Virus record (IMG/VR): IMGVR_UViG_3300031555_004710
Location: 1-64,000 of that record
Origin: a virus
Lineage: Duplodnaviria; Caudoviricetes
DNA length: 64,000 bases
Reading direction: 5' to 3' (one strand)
In this document: positions 52,360 through 62,400 of the stretch, in pieces
How the letters are laid out: each line of letters begins with the position of its first letter
Position numbering within the stretch: position 1 is the stretch's first letter
Program-made: the position numbers and the translations under genes
The notes under the pieces: model-generated
What the model was told of the DNA's origin: nothing
Seen by the model: the letters and a program-made list of their open reading frames with translations, nothing else
Database searches by the model: none

Positions 52360-53565
52360 TTAAATTTCGTTCAAATCGATATCACCATATGCTAATCTTT
52401 CAGTATCTTCCTCTGAAGCATCTACTTTCTTAGCTCCTAAAAGACCTTCATAATATGGTTTAAGTACTCTAAGAACCCCTTCTCTAAAATCTTTATCAAC
52501 GCTCATCAGAGATATGAATTCTTTACGATTAAATTTTCGCTCATCAAAGCCTTTTATAGATAAGTATGGATTTCTTCCTTGTATTAACCCTAAGGAATTT
52601 GCAAATTCGTATATGGAATATATTGGATCAAATCCCTTTGCACTATTAAATGTGACTGGGAAACTTGTACCAACTACATTTGTCTTAGTTTTTGCAAGAC
52701 TAATATCACACTTATATCCAACAAAACCATCATCATCTATTGTATATGCAGCGGATTTCTTTGTCTTGATTCTAAAATAAGTATTTGAATAGTATTGAGC
52801 AACTGAACCTCTTGGAAGGGTTTCTGTCTGAGGATTTATCATAAGAAGACCCTGTGGAGGTGGAGCATATGGATTCATAACAGTATTCGGTCGTATATGA
52901 TTGATTACAATAAATATACAATTATACTTCCATGCTCTATCAAGAACGTTTGTATAGAATCTAGTAACATCTTTACTAGCTCTCATTTGGTCAATATTAT
53001 TTCCTAAATCTTCAACATTATATTCTTTGCTATTAAATGATGGTAATGAATCTATAATATATACAGTTGGAACATATTGCCAAAATGTTCTTCCACCCAT
53101 CTTAACTTCATACATAAACTGTTTGCCACCAGCTTCTTTAGCATCACATATCTTTGTAAAATTATCAAGAACGTCTTCTATAGAAGTATGTGATTTTATT
53201 AATCTAATTCTCGGTTCTTCATAATCCGCTTCTGCCAATGTTATGACTCTCTGTCTAGTAGAAGTCTTTTCACAGTCAATTATAAACATCATTCCATCTT
53301 CAAATCGTTTTACAATATTCCATCCTATTTGTACTGCTAGAGTTGTCTTTCCAGTACCTGTTGGACCGATAATTGAAACCATGGAACCACCTTGAATACC
53401 TATCACTGGAACTAATATCTTATTGCCATCTGCATCTACAGTTTCATTCCAAAAACCATTAGCATAATCTAATACAGTTATACCAGTTGGATAGCTAGTG
53501 GTATTATCATCTGATTTAAGAATACCTTTCTTGTCATTTGCTTCTAAATCTTGCCATAATGACAT
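52360..53565 (-). CDS. uvsX: RecA/UvsX-like recombinase
   Basis: PTGITVLD, Walker A GPTGTGKT, IDCE, Walker B IIDS, INHIR, KTKT. Confidence 0.85.
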   Translation of the reverse strand: MSLWQDLEANDKKGILKSDDNTTSYPTGITVLDYANGFWNETVDADGNKILVPVIGIQGGSMVSIIGPTGTGKTTLAVQIGWNIVKRFEDGMMFIIDCEKTSTRQRVITLAEADYEEPRIRLIKSHTSIEDVLDNFTKICDAKEAGGKQFMYEVKMGGRTFWQYVPTVYIIDSLPSFNSKEYNVEDLGNNIDQMRASKDVTRFYTNVLDRAWKYNCIFIVINHIRPNTVMNPYAPPPQGLLMINPQTETLPRGSVAQYYSNTYFRIKTKKSAAYTIDDDGFVGYKCDISLAKTKTNVVGTSFPVTFNSAKGFDPIYSIYEFANSLGLIQGRNPYLSIKGFDERKFNRKEFISLMSVDKDFREGVLRVLKPYYEGLLGAKKVDASEEDTERLAYGDIDLNEI

Positions 53566-53615
53566 AATTAAACCCTCCTAAATATATATTATTTAAATAA
53601 GTATCAATGATACTA

Positions 53616-53631
53616 TCATAAAAATAATACA
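53616..53631 (-). promoter_or_regulatory. Early promoter TRTATTATT-N4-TGA (representative of 12 copies)
   Basis: Copies at +98, 1691, 10806 and -7358, 32294, 33045, 37503, 53616, 53983, 54536, 57109, 58596. Confidence 0.8.
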
Positions 53632-53706
53632 TTAAAAAAATAATAAAGATAAAAATATCAAAAAAAAGAGAACGGAGCATAATATCAACCGCCCTCTTTT
53701 TTTGCA

Positions 53707-53925
53707 TTAGAGAGAATCTACTGTATCAATAACCACATCGCTAGCATCTTCAACTACGTCACTTACAACGTCGATAGCTTCAGCGCTCTTGTTAGAGAAT
53801 TTCTCTTTTGCATTAGCAGCAACTTCAGATAAAGCAGTCATCACTGCTCCTTTAGTAAGATAGTTAGCAACGACTAAGCCAGTTGCAACTCCTACACCCA
53901 CTGTTACGATAGTTCTGATTTTCAT
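53707..53925 (-). CDS. Small early protein with an N-terminal TM anchor
   Basis: AGGAGG RBS; early motif 53983-53998. Confidence 0.6.
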   Translation of the reverse strand: MKIRTIVTVGVGVATGLVVANYLTKGAVMTALSEVAANAKEKFSNKSAEAIDVVSDVVEDASDVVIDTVDSL

Positions 53926-54024
53926 CTCTGTTCGCCTCCTATATTAAAATATTTTTTTAATGAAGAATTCTTTTATCATTCTTCATTATAATAATATATA
54001 ATCGTATATTTGAATTTATACGAT

Positions 54025-54204
54025 TTATACTCTTCTTAATTCCGCAGATTCAATAATGCGATTTGATTCTTTTCTTATTCCTGAGAAATCAATATTATCT
54101 GTAATATTTTTAAAATCGATAATTGATTTTATTAATTTCACTGCAGCATATGAAATAAATATATGACTTGATATAAATGCAGTTTTTAAGAGATACTTCT
54201 TCAT
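54025..54204 (-). CDS. Small protein (59 aa, not in the ORF track)
   Basis: AGGAGG RBS; MKKYLLKTAFISSHIFISYAAVKLIKS...AELRRV. Confidence 0.6.
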   Translation of the reverse strand: MKKYLLKTAFISSHIFISYAAVKLIKSIIDFKNITDNIDFSGIRKESNRIIESAELRRV

Positions 54205-54238
54205 TTATTTTACCTCCTATAAGTATTGTATATACCTA

Positions 54239-54484
54239 TTACTTAACCAATTCTTCTGCTGATGTTTTTACCATTGAGCGTAGCAGTCGATTTCCTTCTA
54301 CAAGTTCTTTATTACCTGCAATAATATCTTCTCTACTCTTAGAAAGAATATAATGCACATCTTTTAGGTTTGCAGTAATCTCTTGTGTGGCTTCAGTATA
54401 CTGCTTACTAATTACTAACATTGTGATAGCAGACACTGTAATAACTGCAGTCGAACCAATTATAATTTTTTCAGAAGTATTCAT
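54239..54484 (-). CDS. Small early TM + coiled-coil protein
   Basis: IIIGSTAVITVSAITMLVI; early motif 54536-54551. Confidence 0.6.
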   Translation of the reverse strand: MNTSEKIIIGSTAVITVSAITMLVISKQYTEATQEITANLKDVHYILSKSREDIIAGNKELVEGNRLLRSMVKTSAEELVK

Positions 54485-54599
54485 TGTAATTCTCCTTTCT
54501 TATTTTATAAGAATCAAAAATATAGTTCGCTATATTCACGATAATAATATATGATTGAAAATTAGAACCAAACCTCCAAGTTTGGTTCTAATTATATTC

Positions 54600-55724
54600 T
54601 TAATAATAATTTCTATTATTTTTTCCACGGTTTCCGTTTCTATTTCTTCCACCATTCTTTTTACTACGTTTATCATAGTCATTATCAAACATTCCAGAAT
54701 CCATCATCATTTTATCCAATGAAGGTTTGCTATCTTCATTATTATATCGACGATTATCGTTATAAGAATGGAATTTATTTGGTTTTCTATTATTATTTTT
54801 TCTCATAGAAATCTCTTTACGAATTCCGTTTTTATTAGTGGTAACCATCATATTACCTTCAATAGTAACAGGTTTTTTATTGTTATTATTTGAAGGTCTT
54901 TTTGTATTTACTTGTTTTTTAGATCCTTCATATGTTACCCATAGTGGCTGACCTGGTTCAGCATTCATCATTACAGGTTTATTGATAACGTCATAGTCCC
55001 AGCTACTAATATAATCTCCATTAGGAGATATTATTCTTAAAGTAAAATTTTCGTAATTAGTTTTCTTCTCATTGGTTTCTTGATCATCAAAAAGTGCATA
55101 TGATTCCAACTCAATCTTAATTTCATTGGTATGATATTTATGATCATCTTTGAATAAATTCTTATTAATTTCTATTACTAAATATAATACTTTTCTGTAT
55201 TTTCTATTATTGTAAAAGAATGGTTTTATTGAAGTTGCTATAAGTCCTTTATAGATACGATATCTAGGATCTTCCGGTATAGGTTTAATCATACCATTAA
55301 ACGGAAATGCAACTACGTATAGATTAGCTCTATCATCACCCTGTTCATGACAACGCACTTCCACAGTTGGATGATTTCTATTACCTGAGTTAATATATAA
55401 AGACATCGGTAATTCGAAATTTACTTCTCTACTATCATTTGGTTTAGAAATAAATTCATCAATATTTTTAAGTGGGGCAGATATACGAATAATCTCACGA
55501 TTAATAGGTTTTAATACATCATTTCTAGATTTTATTCTAGAATTTGAATCGTTTTTATTTTTGTTAAAATCACGACGTTGATTATAGTTATTATGTCGTT
55601 GATCATTTTCATATTGCTGCAGTTTATTTGATGATGCAACTTTAATTTTAGTATAATTTTTACCTTTTTCTTCTGTCACAATTGTTGAATAGGACATCAA
55701 TTCTTCATTTACAATGTTAAGCAT
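54600..55724 (-). CDS. Hypothetical protein with Asn/Arg/Lys-rich disordered ends (possible nucleic-acid binder)
   Basis: 374 aa; late-type motif 55786-55797. Confidence 0.55.
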   Translation of the reverse strand: MLNIVNEELMSYSTIVTEEKGKNYTKIKVASSNKLQQYENDQRHNNYNQRRDFNKNKNDSNSRIKSRNDVLKPINREIIRISAPLKNIDEFISKPNDSREVNFELPMSLYINSGNRNHPTVEVRCHEQGDDRANLYVVAFPFNGMIKPIPEDPRYRIYKGLIATSIKPFFYNNRKYRKVLYLVIEINKNLFKDDHKYHTNEIKIELESYALFDDQETNEKKTNYENFTLRIISPNGDYISSWDYDVINKPVMMNAEPGQPLWVTYEGSKKQVNTKRPSNNNNKKPVTIEGNMMVTTNKNGIRKEISMRKNNNRKPNKFHSYNDNRRYNNEDSKPSLDKMMMDSGMFDNDYDKRSKKNGGRNRNGNRGKNNRNYY

Positions 55725-55860
55725 TTCGACTTTAACCCCTTCTTGATTTATTTATTATTATCTAACTAGAGTTATCTAATCAGATTATTTTTCTGTTAAT
55801 TCTAAAATTAAAAATATATACTAAAAAATAAGAGGGAATCTAAATTCCCTCTTATCATTC

Positions 55861-57033
55861 TTATTCATCATCGTCTTCATCATTATCTGAATCAAAATCA
55901 AATGATGGTAATTCGGTATCATCCTCATCCTCATCACGATCAATTTTTATTGATTCAGGTTTATGATTATTATCTTTTTCTTCAACGTTATCATTTTTCA
56001 CATAACGTTCTTGAAATGATTCTATCTGACGAACTCCAGATTTTGTAATCTTTGAAATTTTGTCTGCATAGCGATTGATTGTATCTGTAAGATTATTGAA
56101 ATTTGAAGGTATGCTAAGCATATCAACTCTTAGTCTAGGACCATTTCCATTACGGAATATTCTATCAATTCTCTTAATATATAATTCAATCATCTGTTTA
56201 CGCACATTTTCAGGAGCTCTATCAAGTTCATTCATTGCAAAGTTTGTAAGAGAATCCCATACTTCGCGTACATTATCAAAGTATTCTGTATCACGATATG
56301 CATCAATTCTACGAACACCTTCGAGAAGAATTGATATTGCTACAGAAGATGTCATCTCAGAACCAAAGAATGTTCCAAAATATGATCCCCATTTAATAGA
56401 AGACACATCTTCGATTCCAGAATTACCTGTCCACTTATAAATTTCCTGAAGTAACTGATTTGAGTACATTCCAATTTTATATTTAGGAATATATTTTCTA
56501 TCAGGAATCATGAAATAGGTACTAAATACCATTTCTTTAGGAAGATTACTTTTCTTACAAATTTCTTTTACATTTCCTTTTGCTTTATCTTTAAGAGATT
56601 CCATTAACTCTGAAATATATTCACTATATTTCTCACTTTTCTCTTTATAGCTTTTTACTTCTTTGGAGGAGATATCTCCATTTTTATATCCTTCTGTAAT
56701 TTCTTTATTTGCATTATTTGAAGCTTCTATTGCCTGCTCTACAACCAAGAAGGCTATAGTACATGCACTCTGATCAAAATCTTCAGAAGTTTTACTTTTT
56801 ATGAATTTAATAGCTCTTTTCATAACAGCAGGTGTTGCTAAAGAGCCGAAAATTTTATTAACCATCGGTTTAGTCATTGGCTGTGAATTTGCATTTTCAC
56901 CAATTCCATAAAACCATTCTCTAAAATCGTCTGAGCAGAAAATTGTTTCTAAAACCTTTCCCTGCTTTTTATTAGATAAATCCGAAAATTTACCTAATTT
57001 CTTAACTAGTTTATCATAGTCAAACATGTTCAA
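55861..57033 (-). CDS. Early hypothetical helical protein with an acidic tail
   Basis: 390 aa; early motif 57109-57124; adjacent to tubulin. Confidence 0.6.
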   Translation of the reverse strand: MNMFDYDKLVKKLGKFSDLSNKKQGKVLETIFCSDDFREWFYGIGENANSQPMTKPMVNKIFGSLATPAVMKRAIKFIKSKTSEDFDQSACTIAFLVVEQAIEASNNANKEITEGYKNGDISSKEVKSYKEKSEKYSEYISELMESLKDKAKGNVKEICKKSNLPKEMVFSTYFMIPDRKYIPKYKIGMYSNQLLQEIYKWTGNSGIEDVSSIKWGSYFGTFFGSEMTSSVAISILLEGVRRIDAYRDTEYFDNVREVWDSLTNFAMNELDRAPENVRKQMIELYIKRIDRIFRNGNGPRLRVDMLSIPSNFNNLTDTINRYADKISKITKSGVRQIESFQERYVKNDNVEEKDNNHKPESIKIDRDEDEDDTELPSFDFDSDNDEDDDE

Positions 57034-57207
57034 AAACTCCTTTTCTATTTTAATTTAAATTCGTTATTCTTATAGTAGTTATTTTGGTAATGATAACTTT
57101 TTACTTATTCATAGTAACAATATATGAGTAAAATTATTATCTTAAGTATTGATTAAAGGGAAAATTATGAATAGGTGAAAATATTTTCACCTATTCATAA
57201 TTTATAA

Positions 57208-58389
57208 CTATAAATTATCAAAGAAGTTTGCTAATTTATTAGTCTTTTCTTCTTCATCTGATCTGTCATTTCCTTTGAGGAAATCAGGTATTTCATCTTT
57301 CACATCAGAACTTCTAAGTTCAGTAAGATTAAATTTCTTTTGCTTATTAGCTCTTTCAGTATATTCCGCAACAATTTCATTCATCTTAGCAATTCTTGTA
57401 TAAGGAGTTGTCTGACCAGAAAGAATTATAATCATCTGTCCAGTTGCACCTTGAGTAATTGCATAGTTTTCGAAAATTGTTAAAGGTCTTCCAATATACC
57501 CTATAAGCTCTTCATAATCTGACGCTTTAGATGAATCTGTCATATCATCTGGCATATTTATAATAGCTGCCATCTGTTTTACAATTCCATCTCTCATAAT
57601 TTCTGTAGCAGGAGATTGTTTAATTTTCTTAATCATCATCTGCTGCATAGATTCTTTGTCAAGTTGACTCTGAGATACTTTATTTAAATTGTATACAGAT
57701 AAGTATCCAGGTTCAGCAATTACTGTACGCATATCATTTTCATCTATCATACCATAAGAAGATTTATTTAAATATTTTCCTCTAATGGCATTGATACTAT
57801 CAATGATAAATAGTTGTACATCTCTATATGCCTCATCATTAGGGATTCCTTGATAATAATCTAAATCAGCTAATATATAAGGTACATTTAATTCGGTAAT
57901 TTCCGAAAGACATCCAATGGAATTTTCCTGAGCTTTAACAGAATCTGTTAATCTTGGAAGTATTCCACAATAGATGATAATTTTTGAAGGATATTGCTGT
58001 TTAAGTAATGCTACTAATGACGGACAAACACCAGAGCCTGTTCCGCCAGCTGTAGAACCAGAAACTATAATAACGTCACTTCTTTCACACATATCTGTAA
58101 AATAAGGAACCTGAGTCATAAGCTCCATTCCATTATCCTTCATAAATGAAAGAGCAACTTTACGATTTTTTCCAGCACCTCTAGCTTCTTTACCGATAAT
58201 GAATGATTTAATATTCTTATCGACTACAGAGTTATTGAGGTCTGCATAAGATGAATTGATTGCAAAAACATCAATATCATGTTTAATAGCTTCATTAAGA
58301 AGCTGGTTTCCTGCATTTCCGACACCAATTAGGGATATCTGCAGAGCTGCACGATTTTCTAACATTTCGCTCACCTTTTCGAATTCCAT
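57208..58389 (-). CDS. Tubulin/FtsZ-family GTPase (PhuZ/TubZ-like)
   Basis: IGVGNAGNQ, AINSS..D, GAGKN, signature TAGGTGSG, T7 loop IDEND. Confidence 0.9.
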   Translation of the reverse strand: MEFEKVSEMLENRAALQISLIGVGNAGNQLLNEAIKHDIDVFAINSSYADLNNSVVDKNIKSFIIGKEARGAGKNRKVALSFMKDNGMELMTQVPYFTDMCERSDVIIVSGSTAGGTGSGVCPSLVALLKQQYPSKIIIYCGILPRLTDSVKAQENSIGCLSEITELNVPYILADLDYYQGIPNDEAYRDVQLFIIDSINAIRGKYLNKSSYGMIDENDMRTVIAEPGYLSVYNLNKVSQSQLDKESMQQMMIKKIKQSPATEIMRDGIVKQMAAIINMPDDMTDSSKASDYEELIGYIGRPLTIFENYAITQGATGQMIIILSGQTTPYTRIAKMNEIVAEYTERANKQKKFNLTELRSSDVKDEIPDFLKGNDRSDEEEKTNKLANFFDNL

Positions 58390-58394
58390 AATTT

Positions 58395-58611
58395 TTAGCC
58401 TCCTAAATATATTTTATTATATGATTAACTCATTAACTGAGTAACCCTCTAGATTAGTAGAAGACAAAACTATATTATTTGTATTGATTTATATATTTTG
58501 TCCATTTGTATTAAATAGAAACTACGTGTTAGATAAAATATTTATATTATAGGAGGCTAAGCCTATTCGTAAATACTCTAACACGTAGCTTTATTTCATT
58601 AAAATAATACA
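58395..58611 (-). promoter_or_regulatory. Early promoter plus structured ~200-nt 5' leader of the tubulin gene
   Basis: Anti-SD 58550-58560 is complementary to RBS 58395-58405; 12-bp stem 58522-58533/58577-58588. Confidence 0.6.
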
Positions 58612-58637
58612 CTATTAAATTAATATTTTATATAATT

Positions 58638-59360
58638 TTATACTCTTGGACCAGGTATCTTATTGATATCTCCAATAAGATTAGTTTGAATTCCTTGCAT
58701 AATATAATATGTAGAAAAAGTATTTAATGCAGTTTTATTATAAGGATCTTTTAAATCAAGATCTAATAAAGATACATATCCATTCTTTGCAATATCATTA
58801 TACATCTCTAGTTTAGCTTTTCGATTATCTGCACGAGGTCCCATAAATTCCTGCAGGGCGTTCATTGCTTTGATAGCTGCTAAGCTGTATGTTTCCATAT
58901 CTGAGTTAATAGCATTTCTATCTTCTCCAGTAACCTGGTTAGTAAGAACTGAACGTTTATTAATTTCAGTAGATCCTGCAGATTTTTTAAGAAGAAATTG
59001 CTGCATTCTCTTTTCATGAATATACCCTACAGGAACTGGATACGGAGTAACAATTACATTTTCAGGATCATTTGTAAGATATGGTAATGCAACTCTTTCT
59101 AATAATGGTACATTCATGTATTTAGCACATTTTTCTATATTTTCTATCGATAAATCTCTTTCATATTCCACAATTTCCAAATAGAAATTTTTCTTTGGGT
59201 CTTTAAAGAAATCCCTAATATATTTATCAAACTGCTGATCAGACATCTTCTCAAATTTTTCTTGATATATCTTTGCGTTTTGTCCCGTTGGGTCAAGAAG
59301 ATTCATTACTTTAAGAAGATGGTCCATAAATTTTTTACGTTTATCTTGTATAGATGCCAT
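58638..59360 (-). CDS. RNA polymerase beta extreme C-terminal fragment (probably virion RNAP)
   Basis: PVGYIHEKRMQQ, RS..TNQV.G, SDMETYSL, LQEFM..RADN match the beta C-terminus; late motif 59405-59416. Confidence 0.75.
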   Translation of the reverse strand: MASIQDKRKKFMDHLLKVMNLLDPTGQNAKIYQEKFEKMSDQQFDKYIRDFFKDPKKNFYLEIVEYERDLSIENIEKCAKYMNVPLLERVALPYLTNDPENVIVTPYPVPVGYIHEKRMQQFLLKKSAGSTEINKRSVLTNQVTGEDRNAINSDMETYSLAAIKAMNALQEFMGPRADNRKAKLEMYNDIAKNGYVSLLDLDLKDPYNKTALNTFSTYYIMQGIQTNLIGDINKIPGPRV

Positions 59361-59482
59361 TATAAATTTCACCACCTTTAAATTGGTCAGTTTAGTTTAA
59401 GTATTAGATTTTTGTTAAAATGAGTAATTTATATTCTAAAAATAAAGAAGATAGAACCACATAGTTCTATCTTCTAATTAAA

Positions 59483-62400
59483 TTATAGTAAACCCGCTTC
59501 AGTAAATTGTTTATTATAAAAATCAATTGCAGATTTAACTCCTGGTAGATGAGCTGTGAAATTATCATATATACTTTGACACGTTTCAACGGCTTCAACA
59601 ACACCGAGGTCAAATACAACACCAACTTCAGGTTTCCATAAAACTTTGACATCGTATTCGTGATTATTTATCGAATACTTTTCTTTAATTATAGTATTTT
59701 CACGTGTTTTATCAACTTTAATCATTCTTCCAAGACCAAATTTATTCCAGTTTGGATTTTCTTCATCAGATAAATATATATTAGAAAAATATTTATCAGC
59801 AGGAATTTCAGAAGGTAATATAGAAAGACCAGTAGCTTTACAGCAAGGCATTCCTATATAGTCTATCATCTGTACAGTTGTACCATAATCTGAAATTGCT
59901 AAACATTTACCATTACCATAACAAATTGATACCAAGTTAGTAATGTATTCATATATTACATCTTCATTCCAATTAATACCATCAATAGAGTATACAAATG
60001 AATTAGAATCATATGAGATTGCTATAAATTTATCATTTGTGTATATAACTCTCCACATTCTAATATACTCGTCCAATATATCTCCAGTCCATTCGATACC
60101 ATCGATAGAATAATAATACATATCAGTATTACCATCATTACCTAATGCCACAAATTTACCATTACCATAGCATACAGATAATAATGATGTATTTGTATCA
60201 GGAGAAGCATCAAAAACTACCCAATCAATACCATTAACGGAATATGCTATATTATTACAAACTCCTACAACTACGAATTTACCATCACCGTAACAAATTG
60301 ACTTCCAACCAGTTGTCCAGGTGGAACTATCTATATCGCAATATGTCCAGTTAATACCGTCAGTAGAATACGTATATACGGTGTCATATTCTGATATGGC
60401 TACGAATTTACCATCTCCATAACATACTGAACATAATGACGCTAGATCTGTGTTTAAATAAACTTTCCAATTAATGCCATCGGATGAATAAACTATCGGG
60501 GCTCCCCCACCAGCAACCAATTCTCCAACAGCTACGAATTTACCATCTCCATAACATACTGAATACAGCCTAATATCAATCACATCAGATGGAATATTTG
60601 CGAAATTCCAGATTAATCCATCGGATGAATATGCGATACTCATACAAGGAGTCTCATTATCATAACCGATTGCTATATACTTACCATCACCATAACATAT
60701 ATCAATCCATTCAATATTAGTAGTACCAATGGAACCTTCAATCCAACGTTCAATATAAGCACATTTATCAGCTTCACAATTACACTTGTGAGTTTGAACC
60801 GATGTTGATTTAGTTTTTGCATCAGCTGCAAGTATAACATCTAATTCAGCATGAGGAGTACTCATAGGATACTCTTCGGTACCACCGCCATCATTTGATA
60901 AGGTTTTTTGAATACCAACGTATATATCGCTATCACCAATTGCATCTATTTGATATTCTGATGGGGTATACACATAGTGCGTAACATTTTTAGCAATTTC
61001 AAGATCATCCTTTGATACAGCATCAGAAATATTATAACCAGAGAATGTATTCGGAGTATTTAATATTTCTGAATAAATAGTAGAAGATAAATTGCTAGAA
61101 AAATCTTTTAAACCTTCATTATAATTAGGTGTACCAAATTTACTATTATCAACTATTTTCTTCCAAGTTGCCGCACCAGATTCATCCTCTACATATAATG
61201 TATTACCATTATGATATTTAGAATCCAATAAATCAGCAACTTCTTCAGAAGACGCCAATATATCAAACGAGGAAATTTCATATGCTCTCTCACTTACTTC
61301 AGTAGAGAATTTATCATATGGAAATATTACTATTCCCAATTTAGCAAATACATAATTATTTGATATTGCTATAAATTTTGCATTGCCATATGCAATAGAT
61401 GTCCATTCACCAAATACATCAATAGCATCTTCGATCCAATTTATACCATCGATTGAATATGCGTATATATTTGTACCATAGTCAAGGGCAATGAATTTTC
61501 CATTTCCATGACATACAGTAATCCAATATCTATTACTATTAGCTACTGGTACTTCTACCCATGTAATACCAGTTGTAGAATATGCAATAGTTCCATTCAT
61601 ACCAACTACTACAAATTTTCCATTTCCATAGCATATGTTAGTCCATGAATTATTCGAAATACTGATATTTCCAACCATCCAACTAAGACCATCAGACGAA
61701 TAAGCGAATGTATTTCCAATACCTGTAATAGCCACAAATTTTTCATTTCCATAGCATATAGATATCCAATAATCTGAAGAAATTCCTATGTTTATCTCTG
61801 CCCATATAAGTCCATCGGCAGAATAAGCAAATGTATTCGAATTATATGCAACTGCGATATATTTTCCATTTCCATAACATACAGAATACCAATTTCTTGA
61901 TACATGTGCCATAAGGACTTCAGTCCAAATAATACCATCTGTAGAATATGCTAAAATACTATCGCTAGATATTGCTATAAATTTTCCATTTCCATAGCAG
62001 ATAGTTTTCCAAATTCTATGGGTAGTGCCTACTACTGATATTTTCCAAGAGATACCATCGATCGAATAATAGAATGCGTTAACTCCCATATTATTGAAAG
62101 GTATCGCAATAAATTTATCGTTACCATAACAAATTGATTGCCATTGCATAACGCTCATTGGCATCGATGTCCACTTATCCACTGAACCTGCAATATTATC
62201 AACTGTTACATTTACTCTATTATCTAGATGATGAGTATGCTGCCCAGGTGCTTTTGAATCCCATCCGGCAATCATTTCTGGATTAATATGTGTTGATACA
62301 TGTTTATCAACTTTATCATATGATCCTGAAATAATTTGCTCTGATATAGAATAATCTAAACCATCGCTTATTCTATTTTTTAAAATATTTAATATTTCAG

